A stretch of DNA of 64,000 bases from Chloroflexota bacterium (GTDB lineage Bacteria; Chloroflexota; Limnocylindria; Limnocylindrales; CSP1-4): the NCBI GenBank assembly GCA_034435355.1, contig DAOTXE010000054.1, positions 8,135 to 72,134 of the forward strand, in the 5' to 3' direction. The position numbers were made by a program, and so were the translations under genes. Shown here one piece after another: positions 25,346 to 33,563 of this stretch (position 1 is its first letter; every line of letters begins with the position of its first letter). The notes beneath the pieces were generated by a model that saw only the letters and a list, made by a program, of their open reading frames with translations, had not been told where the DNA came from and searched no databases.

Positions 25346-25410
25346 ACGCGCACTCGCGGGACGCGCACTCGCGGGACGCGCCTTGGCGGGACGCGCCCTC
25401 GCGGGACGCC
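25346..25410. repeat. 15-bp tandem repeat, about 4.3 copies (ACGCGCACTCGCGGG x2, ACGCGCCTTGGCGGG, ACGCGCCCTCGCGGG, ACGCC), filling the whole convergent intergenic gap
   Basis: Read directly. The array starts 3 nt after the xth stop and runs into the stop codon of the minus-strand gene at 25410-25412. Confidence 0.9.
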
Positions 25411-26204
25411 TACACCGACTCGAGCTCCACGGCCGGACCGGAGCCCGCCCGGACAGACCGCAGCGCGACGGCCTGGATCGCCAGCGTGAGCGCCAGCGCG
25501 AGGCCGAACGCGGGCCCGATGCCCAGGGGCACAAGCGCCAGCGCGAGGACGAGCATGAACGCCGCCGTGCCGAACAGCCCGACCAGCAGCCCGCGCAGGA
25601 CGTCCAGGGCACCCGGCACCCCCTCCTGGCGGTTGGTGAACAGGGTCAGGATCGAGACGTAGACCGGGAACGTGGCGATGATCCCGCTCGTGTGCGGGCC
25701 GAGCAGCGGCGCGATCGTGGTGAGGCCGACCACCAGGCACGTCCCGATCAGCACGCGCGCCGGAAGGTCCCAGGTGGGATGCGGTCCGGCCGCCCGGCGG
25801 GCACCCGAAGCCGGGAGAAGCCGAAGCGCGACGGCCAGCGCCGCGAGGACGGCGACGAAGAGGATCCCGGCCGGCGTGTTCAGGACGGGCTGGACGACAA
25901 ACCCGATGACCCCGAAGGCGGCGACCGCGAGCAGGATCCCGGTGCGCGGTCCGGCGCGCACGAGCCCGGCCGCGAACGCGAGCGTGAAGGCGGCGATCGC
26001 CGCGAGGCCGACGAGCGACCCGACGATGGCCGTGGCCGCGAACCCCGTCCCGTGGTCCAGGGCAAGGAAGAACGTCACGGGGCCGCTGGTGAGCGGCAGC
26101 GACACGAGCCAGCCCCCGATCGCGGGACCCCAGCGCCGCGCCGCCAGGCTCGCGCCGCCGACGAGCAGCGGCGTCAGGACGAGCTTGAGCGCGAGGATCG
26201 ACAC
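25410..26204 (-). CDS. Polytopic integral membrane protein of unknown function
   Basis: 264 aa, almost entirely hydrophobic segments. The start lies 5 nt after the stop of the upstream Rieske oxygenase gene. Confidence 0.7.
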   Translation of the reverse strand: MSILALKLVLTPLLVGGASLAARRWGPAIGGWLVSLPLTSGPVTFFLALDHGTGFAATAIVGSLVGLAAIAAFTLAFAAGLVRAGPRTGILLAVAAFGVIGFVVQPVLNTPAGILFVAVLAALAVALRLLPASGARRAAGPHPTWDLPARVLIGTCLVVGLTTIAPLLGPHTSGIIATFPVYVSILTLFTNRQEGVPGALDVLRGLLVGLFGTAAFMLVLALALVPLGIGPAFGLALALTLAIQAVALRSVRAGSGPAVELESV

Positions 26205-26208
26205 CGCA

Positions 26209-27471
26209 TCAGGGTAGCCCGCGGCGCGCCGCGAGACCGGGTGCCCCTCGCGCGGCGGGGCGCCGCCCGGCGTTCGGGACCTCGGTCCGGGCCTCGCGCT
26301 CGGTCCGCCGGCCGTCGTTCGCGTAGCGGTCGGCGCACATCAGGTCGAAGGCGTGCACGGACGCCTCCTGGTTCGAATAGCGGCCGGCTTCCCAGCTCCG
26401 CGAGCGCGTGCCCTGCTGCTGGAGCGCAACAACGTGGTAATCCTGCCGGTTCGTCAGGTCCCAGAAGTCGACCGCTCCCGCGACGCCGGCGGAGCCCACC
26501 GAATCCCCGTCGACGTACAGGTCGCAGATCACCGTCGAGCGGTCCGGCCCGTCGGGCCAGGCCTGGTGGGTGAGCACGTAGTCCGGGTGGACGGAGATGA
26601 TCAGGTTCGGCCAGAGAATGTAGTAGTAGATCCTCCCCGCCTCCACCTCGTCGCGGGCATAGAGGAGCGGCCGCCCATGTCGCTGGCCGTCCATCGACAT
26701 CGTCTCGCAGCCGTTCGCGAACACCATCCAGCCGCCTTTCCACGGGCCGCTCGGGAAGAAGTCCTCCCCCAGGTCGTACGGGGTGAGCTTGTTGAGGAGT
26801 GGGTGGACCCCGGGGCAGTGGTAGCACTCGGAGTAGTTCTCGGCCACGATCTTCCAGTTCGCCGCGACGCCGTACTCCAGGCGCGCTGCGCGCCGAAGCC
26901 GGCTGAAGTCCCGCCCGAACTCGGCGTGGTGCCCGAACCAGTCGCCGAGGTACTCCTCCAGGCCGGGCGTGGCGTCGTCGAAGCAGATGAAGATCCAGCC
27001 GCCCCAGGTCTCCGCGCTAATGCCCGCCAGGCCGGAGGACACGAGGCTGAACTCCTCGAGATCCTCCGTGTGCCTGGCCCGGAGGAGGCGGCCGTCGAGA
27101 TCGTAGATCCAGGCGTGGTAGGGGCACTGGAACCGGACGGCCGTGCCGCACTCGCGCTCCTCCACCGCCGTTCCACGGTGCCGGCACACGTTGTAGAAGG
27201 CGCGGATCACGTCGTCCGCGCCCCGGACGAGCAGGACGCTCTCGCCGAAGTAGTCGCGCAGGACGAAGCTCCCCCGGTCGGGGATCTCCTCGGCACGCGC
27301 GACCGCGACCCAGTCGCGGAAGAACCACTCGTCGCGCTCGAAATCCAGGAACGCGGGATCGTGATAGGCCCTGCCCGGGAGGAGGCTGGCGCCGCGGAAC
27401 GGCCGGCGGATCGAGGCGAGCTCGGCGGCCGTGAACGGCGAGATGCGATACGGCGGCTGGCTGACGGTCAT
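26209..27471 (-). CDS. Rieske non-heme iron oxygenase, alpha subunit type
   Basis: CRHRG ... CPYHAW Rieske boxes and ENYSECYHCPGVHP mononuclear-iron region. Confidence 0.85.
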   Translation of the reverse strand: MTVSQPPYRISPFTAAELASIRRPFRGASLLPGRAYHDPAFLDFERDEWFFRDWVAVARAEEIPDRGSFVLRDYFGESVLLVRGADDVIRAFYNVCRHRGTAVEERECGTAVRFQCPYHAWIYDLDGRLLRARHTEDLEEFSLVSSGLAGISAETWGGWIFICFDDATPGLEEYLGDWFGHHAEFGRDFSRLRRAARLEYGVAANWKIVAENYSECYHCPGVHPLLNKLTPYDLGEDFFPSGPWKGGWMVFANGCETMSMDGQRHGRPLLYARDEVEAGRIYYYILWPNLIISVHPDYVLTHQAWPDGPDRSTVICDLYVDGDSVGSAGVAGAVDFWDLTNRQDYHVVALQQQGTRSRSWEAGRYSNQEASVHAFDLMCADRYANDGRRTEREARTEVPNAGRRPAARGAPGLAARRGLP

Positions 27472-27554
27472 GCTGGGAGACTCCTCCGGCAGGAGCCCGG
27501 ATCGTAGCGGATGGCAGCGGCACGGGCGCGCGTGGCGATTCGCGCGGCGGTCGC

Positions 27555-27614
27555 CGCGTCGCGCTCGCCGGGGCGGCGTGACGGCGCGTCACGCTCGCTG
27601 GGGCCGCGCGACGG
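27555..27614. repeat. 30-bp tandem direct repeat x2 (26/30 identical) ending 1 nt from the stop codon of the beta-CASP gene; the junction forms hairpin GCGTGAC-N5-GTCACGC (27576-27594)
   Basis: Read and aligned by hand. Confidence 0.8.
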
Positions 27615-27615
27615 C

Positions 27616-29286
27616 TCAGTCGAGTGTGACCGCCTCGTGCCAGCGCGGAACGTATACGTCGAGGCCCAGCGCGGCGACCTTCGGCGCGAGCTCCGCCTGG
27701 GGGCCCGGATCACCATGGACGAGGAAAACGCGCCGCGGAAACCCCGGGTCACCGGCGTGCCTGCCGTGCGTGAACCCGGCCAGCCAGGCGAGCAGCCCCG
27801 GCTCGTCCGCGTGGGCCGAGAAGCCGCTGATCGAGGCGACCCGGCAGCGGACCTCGCGGACCTGCCCGTCGAGGCGGACCGTCTTCGCGCCCTCCTGCAG
27901 GTGGCGCCCCAGCGTCCCCTCGCCCTGGTAGCCGACGAACAGGATCGTGGCAGCGGGATCGTTGATCAGGTTCCGCAGGTGGTTCACGACCCGCCCCCCG
28001 GTGAGCATCCCGTTGGAGGCGACGATCATGTAGGGCCGGCGCGCCTTCGCGATCGCCTGCGACTGCTCCATGTCGGCCACGATGACCTGATTCGGGTAGT
28101 CGAGCGGGGTGTCGCCCGACTCGAAGAGCGCCCGCGTCTCGGCGTCGTAGTACTCCGCGTGGCGCCGGTAGATGTCGCTCGCCTTGGCGGCCATCGGCGA
28201 GTCCAGGTAGAGCGGCAGGCTCGGGATCTCGCCCGACGAGACGAGCCGGTCCAGCTCCCAGACGAGCTCTTGGGTCCGCCCGATGGCGAAGGAGGGCACG
28301 AGCAGGACGCCCCGGTGCTCGGCCACCAGGCGGACCGTCTCCGCCAGGATGCGGTGCGCCTCGGCCGACGGCTCGTGCTCCCGGCCGCCATACGTGGACT
28401 CGCACAGGACGTAATCCGCGGCATCGAGCGGGGTCGGGTCGACGAGGATCGGCGCGCCGGTCCGTCCGAGGTCCCCCGAGAAGACGAGAACCCGCTCCGG
28501 CCCGCCGGCGACATCCTGCACCCGCAGCCGGATGATCGCGGAACCGAGGATGTGGCCCGCGTCGAGGTACGTGGCGTGGATTCCCGGGGCAACCTCCTCT
28601 TCGACGCCGTAGCGCACGGGCCGGAAGCTGCGCAGGCTCTCGAGTGCGTCACGCTCCGTGTAGAGCGGCGAATCGAGGTCGGGCTCGAGCTCGTGCCCGG
28701 CCGACCGGAGATCGGCATCGTGGTCCGGCCGACCGCGCCCTCCGACGGGCTCGATCGACGTGGCGACGTGGGCGCCCTCCGCGTGCGCCGCCTCCTGCGC
28801 ATGGCGGATCGTCCCGGGGGCGGCGGGTGCCGGCGGCGGCGCGCCCCCCTCGCCGGCTTCGGCGAGGTCGATCGCCGCCTCGAGCGCGGCACGTTCCTTC
28901 GCGTCCTCGGCCTCTGCGCGATCGGGGTGGCGCCGCTCCCAGCGATCCTCACGCTTGGCGAACTCCTCCTGGAGCCGGCCGGAATCCAGGAGCACGAGAC
29001 GGGCCAGCTCGATCGTGCCGGCCGTCGCGCGGATCGGGCCCCGGAACCCCTCCCTGACCACGTGCGGGATCAGGCCGCAATGGTCGAGGTGGGCATGCGT
29101 CAGGAGAATCGCATCGAGCGTCGCGGGATCGCAGGCAAGCGGAATGCGGTTCCGGACGGACTCGTTGGGGCCACCCTGGAACATCCCGCAGTCGACGAGG
29201 ATGCGAGCCTGTCCCGTCTCGAGGAGGAACTGGCTTCCGGTCACGGTCGTGGCTGCGCCGAGGAAGTGGAGGTCCATGCCGCGCAT
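27616..29286 (-). CDS. MBL-fold beta-CASP ribonuclease (RNase J/CPSF-like) with a large internal insertion
   Basis: LLTHAHLDHCG (HxHxDH), beta-CASP and RNA-specificity region GFSAHAD. Start candidates are ATG 29286 or 29277, or GTG 29331. Confidence 0.85.
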   Translation of the reverse strand: MRGMDLHFLGAATTVTGSQFLLETGQARILVDCGMFQGGPNESVRNRIPLACDPATLDAILLTHAHLDHCGLIPHVVREGFRGPIRATAGTIELARLVLLDSGRLQEEFAKREDRWERRHPDRAEAEDAKERAALEAAIDLAEAGEGGAPPPAPAAPGTIRHAQEAAHAEGAHVATSIEPVGGRGRPDHDADLRSAGHELEPDLDSPLYTERDALESLRSFRPVRYGVEEEVAPGIHATYLDAGHILGSAIIRLRVQDVAGGPERVLVFSGDLGRTGAPILVDPTPLDAADYVLCESTYGGREHEPSAEAHRILAETVRLVAEHRGVLLVPSFAIGRTQELVWELDRLVSSGEIPSLPLYLDSPMAAKASDIYRRHAEYYDAETRALFESGDTPLDYPNQVIVADMEQSQAIAKARRPYMIVASNGMLTGGRVVNHLRNLINDPAATILFVGYQGEGTLGRHLQEGAKTVRLDGQVREVRCRVASISGFSAHADEPGLLAWLAGFTHGRHAGDPGFPRRVFLVHGDPGPQAELAPKVAALGLDVYVPRWHEAVTLD

Positions 29287-29336
29287 GGTGCCACCGCCAG
29301 GCGAGGTCGGCACGTCGAGACGGTGCCGCACGGCCC

Positions 29337-31346
29337 CTACGCGAGCGGGATCCTCACGAGCGCGTCGATCGCCACCGCCAGGAAGAGCAGGGTCAGGTAG
29401 CTGATCGAGAACCGGTAGAGCCGGATCGCGCCGACCGTGGTGCCCTCGAGCGTGCCTACGCGGGCGAGATTGCCGGCCTTCCAGAGGAACACGGCGCCGA
29501 GGCCGACCGCGGCGGCGAGATAGATCAGGCCCATCTGCCCGACGGCGAAGAAGATCAGGCTGACGGCCACCAGCAGGATCGTGTAGAGGAAGATCTGGCG
29601 GGTCGTCTCGGCGGTCCCGCGGACCACGGGCAGCATCGGCACCCCGGCGGCAGCGTAGTCCCTGGCGATCCGGAGGCTGAGGGCCCAGAAGTGGGGCGGG
29701 GTCCAGTAGAAGACGAGCGCGAACAGCATGATCGCGGGCAGCTCCACGTGGCCCGTCACGGCCGCCCAGCCGATCACCGGCGGCAGCGCGCCAGCCGCAC
29801 CGCCGATCACGATGTTCTGGGTGGTGTTGCGCTTGAGCAGCAGCGTGTAGACGAAGACGTAGAAGCCGATCGCGAGCAGGGTCAGGAAGGCCGCCACGAG
29901 GTTGACGAAGATCGCCAGCAGCCCCACCGAGAACACGCCGAGGGCGATCCCGAAGATCAGCGCCTGCTCCGGCTCGACCGCGTGCGCGGGCAGCGGCCGG
30001 CGGCGCGTCCGGGTCATCAGGAGGTCGATGTCGCGGTCGAGGTACTGGTTGATCGCGTTCGCCGCACCCGCTGCCAGCGTTCCGCCGACCATGGTCCAGA
30101 AGGCGATGATCACCCAGTTCTCCCAGTTCACGCCGGGCAGGTCACGGGTCGCGAGGACCATCGCGGGGATCGTCGTCACGAGGAGCAGCTCGATGATTCG
30201 CGGCTTCGTCAGCGCGACGTAGGCACCGACGGTCGCGGAGATCCGGCGCCGGGCCGTGCGCGCGGCAGGGCTGGCCCCAGGTGACGTCGCGACCTCCGGA
30301 AAGGTCGCCTGCGCGAACGACGCCGCGCCCGACGGTCCTGGCTCGCCCGCGACGGAGCCGGGCGTGTCGGGCCGCCCGCCCGCCACGGAACGGTCCGGGC
30401 TCGGCGGGCCGGCACCCGGATCGGCCGCCGCGTCGGTGACCCGCACCCGCGCACTGTAGTAGCTCACGAAGACCGCCGCGACGGCGGCAGTCCAGATGAA
30501 CGTGGCGAGGGCGACGTGCAGCGTCTGGGTCCACGGCGCGAGCTGCGTCCAGATCTGGAAGGCGCCGATCACCGCTTGCACCGGGTACAGCACCGCGGCC
30601 ACGGTGACCAGCCCGAAGAGGGCCCGGTTCGCGCGGTGTCCCCGCCACGCGGCCAGCCAGGTGGCCAGGAGCAGGAGCCCGACGATCACCGCGACGTACC
30701 GGTGGATCGCGTTCGTGAACGCGAGCAGCTCTGTCGCCGGGGGCATGGCCCCGAACGGTGGGACGAGCGAGCCCCCCATCAGCGGCCAGTCCGGGAAGAT
30801 GAGGGCGGCATCGAGCGACGTCACGTTGCTCCCGAGGAGCAGCAGCACCCCGGCAGCAACCGCCGTGTCGGCCGCGAGGAGGGTGAACAGCTGGCTGGCG
30901 CCCCGGCCGGCGATCCGCGCCGGGTAGCCGGCGCGGACGAACAGGAAGGTCAGCAGGCCGACCAGGGCCAGGGCGGTGGCGAGGTGCGCGGTGACCGAGG
31001 GGCCCGAGTTTCCCAGGCGCACCGTCTCCCGACCCAGCCAGGCCTGGAACCCGACCAGCGCGACCGCCCCGATCGACGGGAACAGGATGGTCCGCCGGTC
31101 CCGGTGGTCGATGACCGCCAGCACCGCGACGCCGGCCACGAGCAGACCGATGACGGCCGCGATCAGGCGGTGGGTCCACTCGGCCCAGGCGCTGAAGTCG
31201 CCGAGCGGCGGAACCAGCTTGCCGTAGCAGAACGGCCAGTCCGGGCAGCCCAGGCCGCTGTCGGTCGCGCGGACCACCACCCCCACGATCACGAGCGCGA
31301 GCGTCAGGGCCAGCGTCGCGCCGACGAGCTTCTGGAACCGGTTCAC
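29337..31346 (-). CDS. ctaA-ctaB: Fused heme A synthase (CtaA/COX15) and protoheme IX farnesyltransferase (CtaB/CyoE)
   Basis: One uninterrupted frame. The N-terminal half has GLGCPDWPFCYG and FPDWPLMGG. The C-terminal half has NAINQYLDRDIDLLMTRTRRRP and YWTPPHFWAL. GTG 31346 has GGAGG 4 nt upstream. The part of track ORF 29337..32516 upstream of that looks non-coding. Confidence 0.85.
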   Translation of the reverse strand: MNRFQKLVGATLALTLALVIVGVVVRATDSGLGCPDWPFCYGKLVPPLGDFSAWAEWTHRLIAAVIGLLVAGVAVLAVIDHRDRRTILFPSIGAVALVGFQAWLGRETVRLGNSGPSVTAHLATALALVGLLTFLFVRAGYPARIAGRGASQLFTLLAADTAVAAGVLLLLGSNVTSLDAALIFPDWPLMGGSLVPPFGAMPPATELLAFTNAIHRYVAVIVGLLLLATWLAAWRGHRANRALFGLVTVAAVLYPVQAVIGAFQIWTQLAPWTQTLHVALATFIWTAAVAAVFVSYYSARVRVTDAAADPGAGPPSPDRSVAGGRPDTPGSVAGEPGPSGAASFAQATFPEVATSPGASPAARTARRRISATVGAYVALTKPRIIELLLVTTIPAMVLATRDLPGVNWENWVIIAFWTMVGGTLAAGAANAINQYLDRDIDLLMTRTRRRPLPAHAVEPEQALIFGIALGVFSVGLLAIFVNLVAAFLTLLAIGFYVFVYTLLLKRNTTQNIVIGGAAGALPPVIGWAAVTGHVELPAIMLFALVFYWTPPHFWALSLRIARDYAAAGVPMLPVVRGTAETTRQIFLYTILLVAVSLIFFAVGQMGLIYLAAAVGLGAVFLWKAGNLARVGTLEGTTVGAIRLYRFSISYLTLLFLAVAIDALVRIPLA

Positions 31347-31511
31347 CGAACCTCCGCCGAACCTCCCGCCCGCCCTCGCGGGCCGCGGGCACGCCTGCCG
31401 GAACGCCGGCGGATTGTAGCGTGACTCGTCACGGAAGGCTCGCCGCGGGCAGGCACATGGGTCGCCGTGGGGCCGCGGGCGACCAGGGGGCGACAGGCGT
31501 ACGCTCCGTGC

Positions 31512-32501
31512 ATGCGTCCGTCGGCTCGCCTCGCGATCGCCTGCCTGCTCGGAGCGGGGCTCCTCTCGGCCTGCGCCGGGAGCATCGCGACAAGCCCGGC
31601 GCCCGGTGGTGCCGGTGCATCGCCGGTGGCGTCCGGGACGGCGACGTGCAACACGGACGCGCTTCCCGGCTGGCCGAAGGCCGGCGAGGTCAACACGAGC
31701 GGCCTCATCCCCGTCCTGGCCAGCTCCCAGAAGGTGGTCGGAAAGAGCCGCCTCGTCTTCAGCCTGATCGACCAGACCAACCAGCCCGTGGCATCCCCGG
31801 AAATTCACCTGCAGATAGCGTTCTACGACCTGTGTGCGAGCCCGGCGACGCCAACCGAGACGCTCACGCCCACCTTCGCGTGGGGAATTGCCGGCCAGCG
31901 TGGCTTCTACATCGCCTCGCCGACGCTGTCGCGCCCCGGCCCCTGGGGCGTGGCGGTGACCGCGACCGACGCGTGGGGGAGACAGGCCACGGCCAAGCTC
32001 CAGTTCTCCGTCTCGCCGACCGGAACGACCCCGCCGATCGGCGCGCCGGCTCCCTCGGTCCGGACGCCGACCCTCGCGGACGTGGGTGGCGACGTGCGGA
32101 AGATCAGCTCCGACCCGAACCCGGATCCCTCGCTCTACGTCCAGTCGGTCGACCAGGCGCTCGCCGCCCACGAGCCGTTCGTCCTCGCGTTCGCGACGCC
32201 GGCGTTCTGCACGAGCGCCGAGTGCGGCCCGACACTCGACCTGGTGAAGGCCACGGTCAAGGCCAACTCGATCCTGGCCATCAACGTGGAGCCCTACGAG
32301 CTCACCTGGACGGGCGACCGCCTGCAGCCCGTGCTGCAGGACGGCAACTTCGTCCCCGTGAAGGCGACGAACGCGTACGGCATCCCGACCGAGCCGTGGC
32401 TCTTCGTGATCGGCGCGTCGGGGCGCGTGGTGGGCTCCTTCGAGGCCGTCGTGGCGCCCTCGGAGCTGGCTGCCGCGATCGAGGCCGCCAAGGCGGGCTG
32501 A
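31512..32501 (+). CDS. Lipoprotein with a thioredoxin-like C-terminal half (FCTSAEC motif), divergent from ctaA-ctaB
   Basis: Lipobox LLSAC. PFVLAFATPAFCTSAECGP resembles a redoxin/SCO-type active-site context. Confidence 0.65.
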   Translation: MRPSARLAIACLLGAGLLSACAGSIATSPAPGGAGASPVASGTATCNTDALPGWPKAGEVNTSGLIPVLASSQKVVGKSRLVFSLIDQTNQPVASPEIHLQIAFYDLCASPATPTETLTPTFAWGIAGQRGFYIASPTLSRPGPWGVAVTATDAWGRQATAKLQFSVSPTGTTPPIGAPAPSVRTPTLADVGGDVRKISSDPNPDPSLYVQSVDQALAAHEPFVLAFATPAFCTSAECGPTLDLVKATVKANSILAINVEPYELTWTGDRLQPVLQDGNFVPVKATNAYGIPTEPWLFVIGASGRVVGSFEAVVAPSELAAAIEAAKAG

Positions 32502-32572
32502 ACCGGGACTGGCCACGAGCGTTCACGGCCGCCGGCTGGGCTGCCGCGGGCTGGGCGGCCGGCTCTTCCGGG

Positions 32573-32602
32573 TTGGCAGGCGGGTCGCGCGGCCCGTACA
32601 CT
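32573..32602 (+). promoter_or_regulatory. Candidate promoter TTGGCA, 18-nt spacer, TACACT
   Basis: Hexamers read directly. Positioned about 20 nt upstream of the mini-ORF start. Confidence 0.4.
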
Positions 32603-32622
32603 CCCCCGCAAGGAGGAACCTC

Positions 32623-32694
32623 ATGGGCGACAAGACACCGAAGCGACCGCCGAAGCCGAAGAAGCCGAAGACGCCGGCGTCCGCAACCCGCTGA
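32623..32694 (+). CDS. Candidate 23-aa Lys/Pro-rich basic peptide (MGDKTPKRPPKPKKPKTPASATR)
   Basis: Near-perfect SD AAGGAGGA with 6-nt spacing to the ATG. Own promoter-like hexamers and a downstream hairpin. 19 of 22 sense codons end in G/C. Confidence 0.45.
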   Translation: MGDKTPKRPPKPKKPKTPASATR

Positions 32695-32728
32695 ACCCGG
32701 CCCGGGTCGACTGGGCGCTCCCCGGTCC

Positions 32729-32757
32729 GGCACGCCGTTCGCCGGCCGGCGCGTGCC
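32729..32757. terminator. Hairpin GGCACGC-N15-GCGTGCC between the mini-ORF and convergent pyrE
   Basis: 7-bp perfect stem read directly. There is no clear U-tract, as is common in GC-rich genomes. Confidence 0.35.
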
Positions 32758-32776
32758 GTCGGTCGGCTGGGGGCGC

Positions 32777-33454
32777 TCAGGCTCCCGCGGTTCCCGTGCT
32801 CCCCGGCGCGTCGAGCGGCACGCCCGCAGCGCAGCCCGGGCACGTCTCCGAGCCTGGCTCGAACGTAGGGATCTCCAGCTGCCACAGGCCCTGGACGGGG
32901 TAGCGGCGGCCCGTCGTCGGTGAGGTTAGGACCACCGTCCCCCCCGATCGATCGGCGAGCACGCAGCAGGCGACGATCTCCCCACCAGCGGCCTCCACCG
33001 GTGGCAGCATCGCGAGCAGCGAACCGCCCGTGGTGAGGATGTCGTCGACCAGCAGGACCCGCTCGCCCGGCTCGATGCGGAACCCGCGTCGGAAGTCCCG
33101 GCGCGTCGTCCCGTCCGCGGCGCGAACCTCCTCGGCGAAGATGCCGCGAACCCCGAGCTGGCGGGCCGTCTCGAAGGCCAGGACGATCCCCCCGGTCGTT
33201 GGCCCCGCGACCACGTCGACCATCGGCGCGCCGTCCGCTCCGCGCGCCGCAGCCGCCCAGAGGGAGCAGAGCTCGCTCGTCAACGCAGGGTCCTGGAGAA
33301 CCAGGAACTTCTCCAGGTAGCGCTCGCTGTGGCGCCCGGACTTCAGGAGGAAGTGGCCCTCCCTGAGCGCGCCGGCACGCTTGAAGAGGGACTCGGTTCG
33401 GGAGCCGATCGCAGCGCGCGCCGCGGCGTCGAGGGCAGGGCGGATCGTGGTCAT
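32777..33454 (-). CDS. pyrE: Orotate phosphoribosyltransferase
   Basis: VLLVDDILTTGGS PRPP-binding motif. Internal ATG 33454 of track ORF 32777..33970. Confidence 0.9.
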   Translation of the reverse strand: MTTIRPALDAAARAAIGSRTESLFKRAGALREGHFLLKSGRHSERYLEKFLVLQDPALTSELCSLWAAAARGADGAPMVDVVAGPTTGGIVLAFETARQLGVRGIFAEEVRAADGTTRRDFRRGFRIEPGERVLLVDDILTTGGSLLAMLPPVEAAGGEIVACCVLADRSGGTVVLTSPTTGRRYPVQGLWQLEIPTFEPGSETCPGCAAGVPLDAPGSTGTAGA

Positions 33455-33563
33455 GCGGCGATTCTCGCGCATCGGGCGGCGGCCCGGGAGCCGGCCACGG
33501 CCGAGGACCGGCATCAGCCGGCCGAGGCGCGAATCGCGGTCGCGCCATGCGCACGACCCCGCG

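Noticed and set aside
25346-25410. Possibility that the tandem repeats at 25346 and 27555 form a CRISPR array.
   Set aside because: The units are directly adjacent with no unique spacers, are only 15 or 30 bp long, occur in 2-4 copies, and no cas genes are in the window.
31347-32516. Upstream extension of the ctaA-ctaB ORF to 32516.
   Set aside because: This region overlaps the well-supported plus-strand lipoprotein gene and translates to Arg/Gly/Asp-rich sequence. GTG 31346 with GGAGG upstream starts exactly at the first CtaA TM segment.
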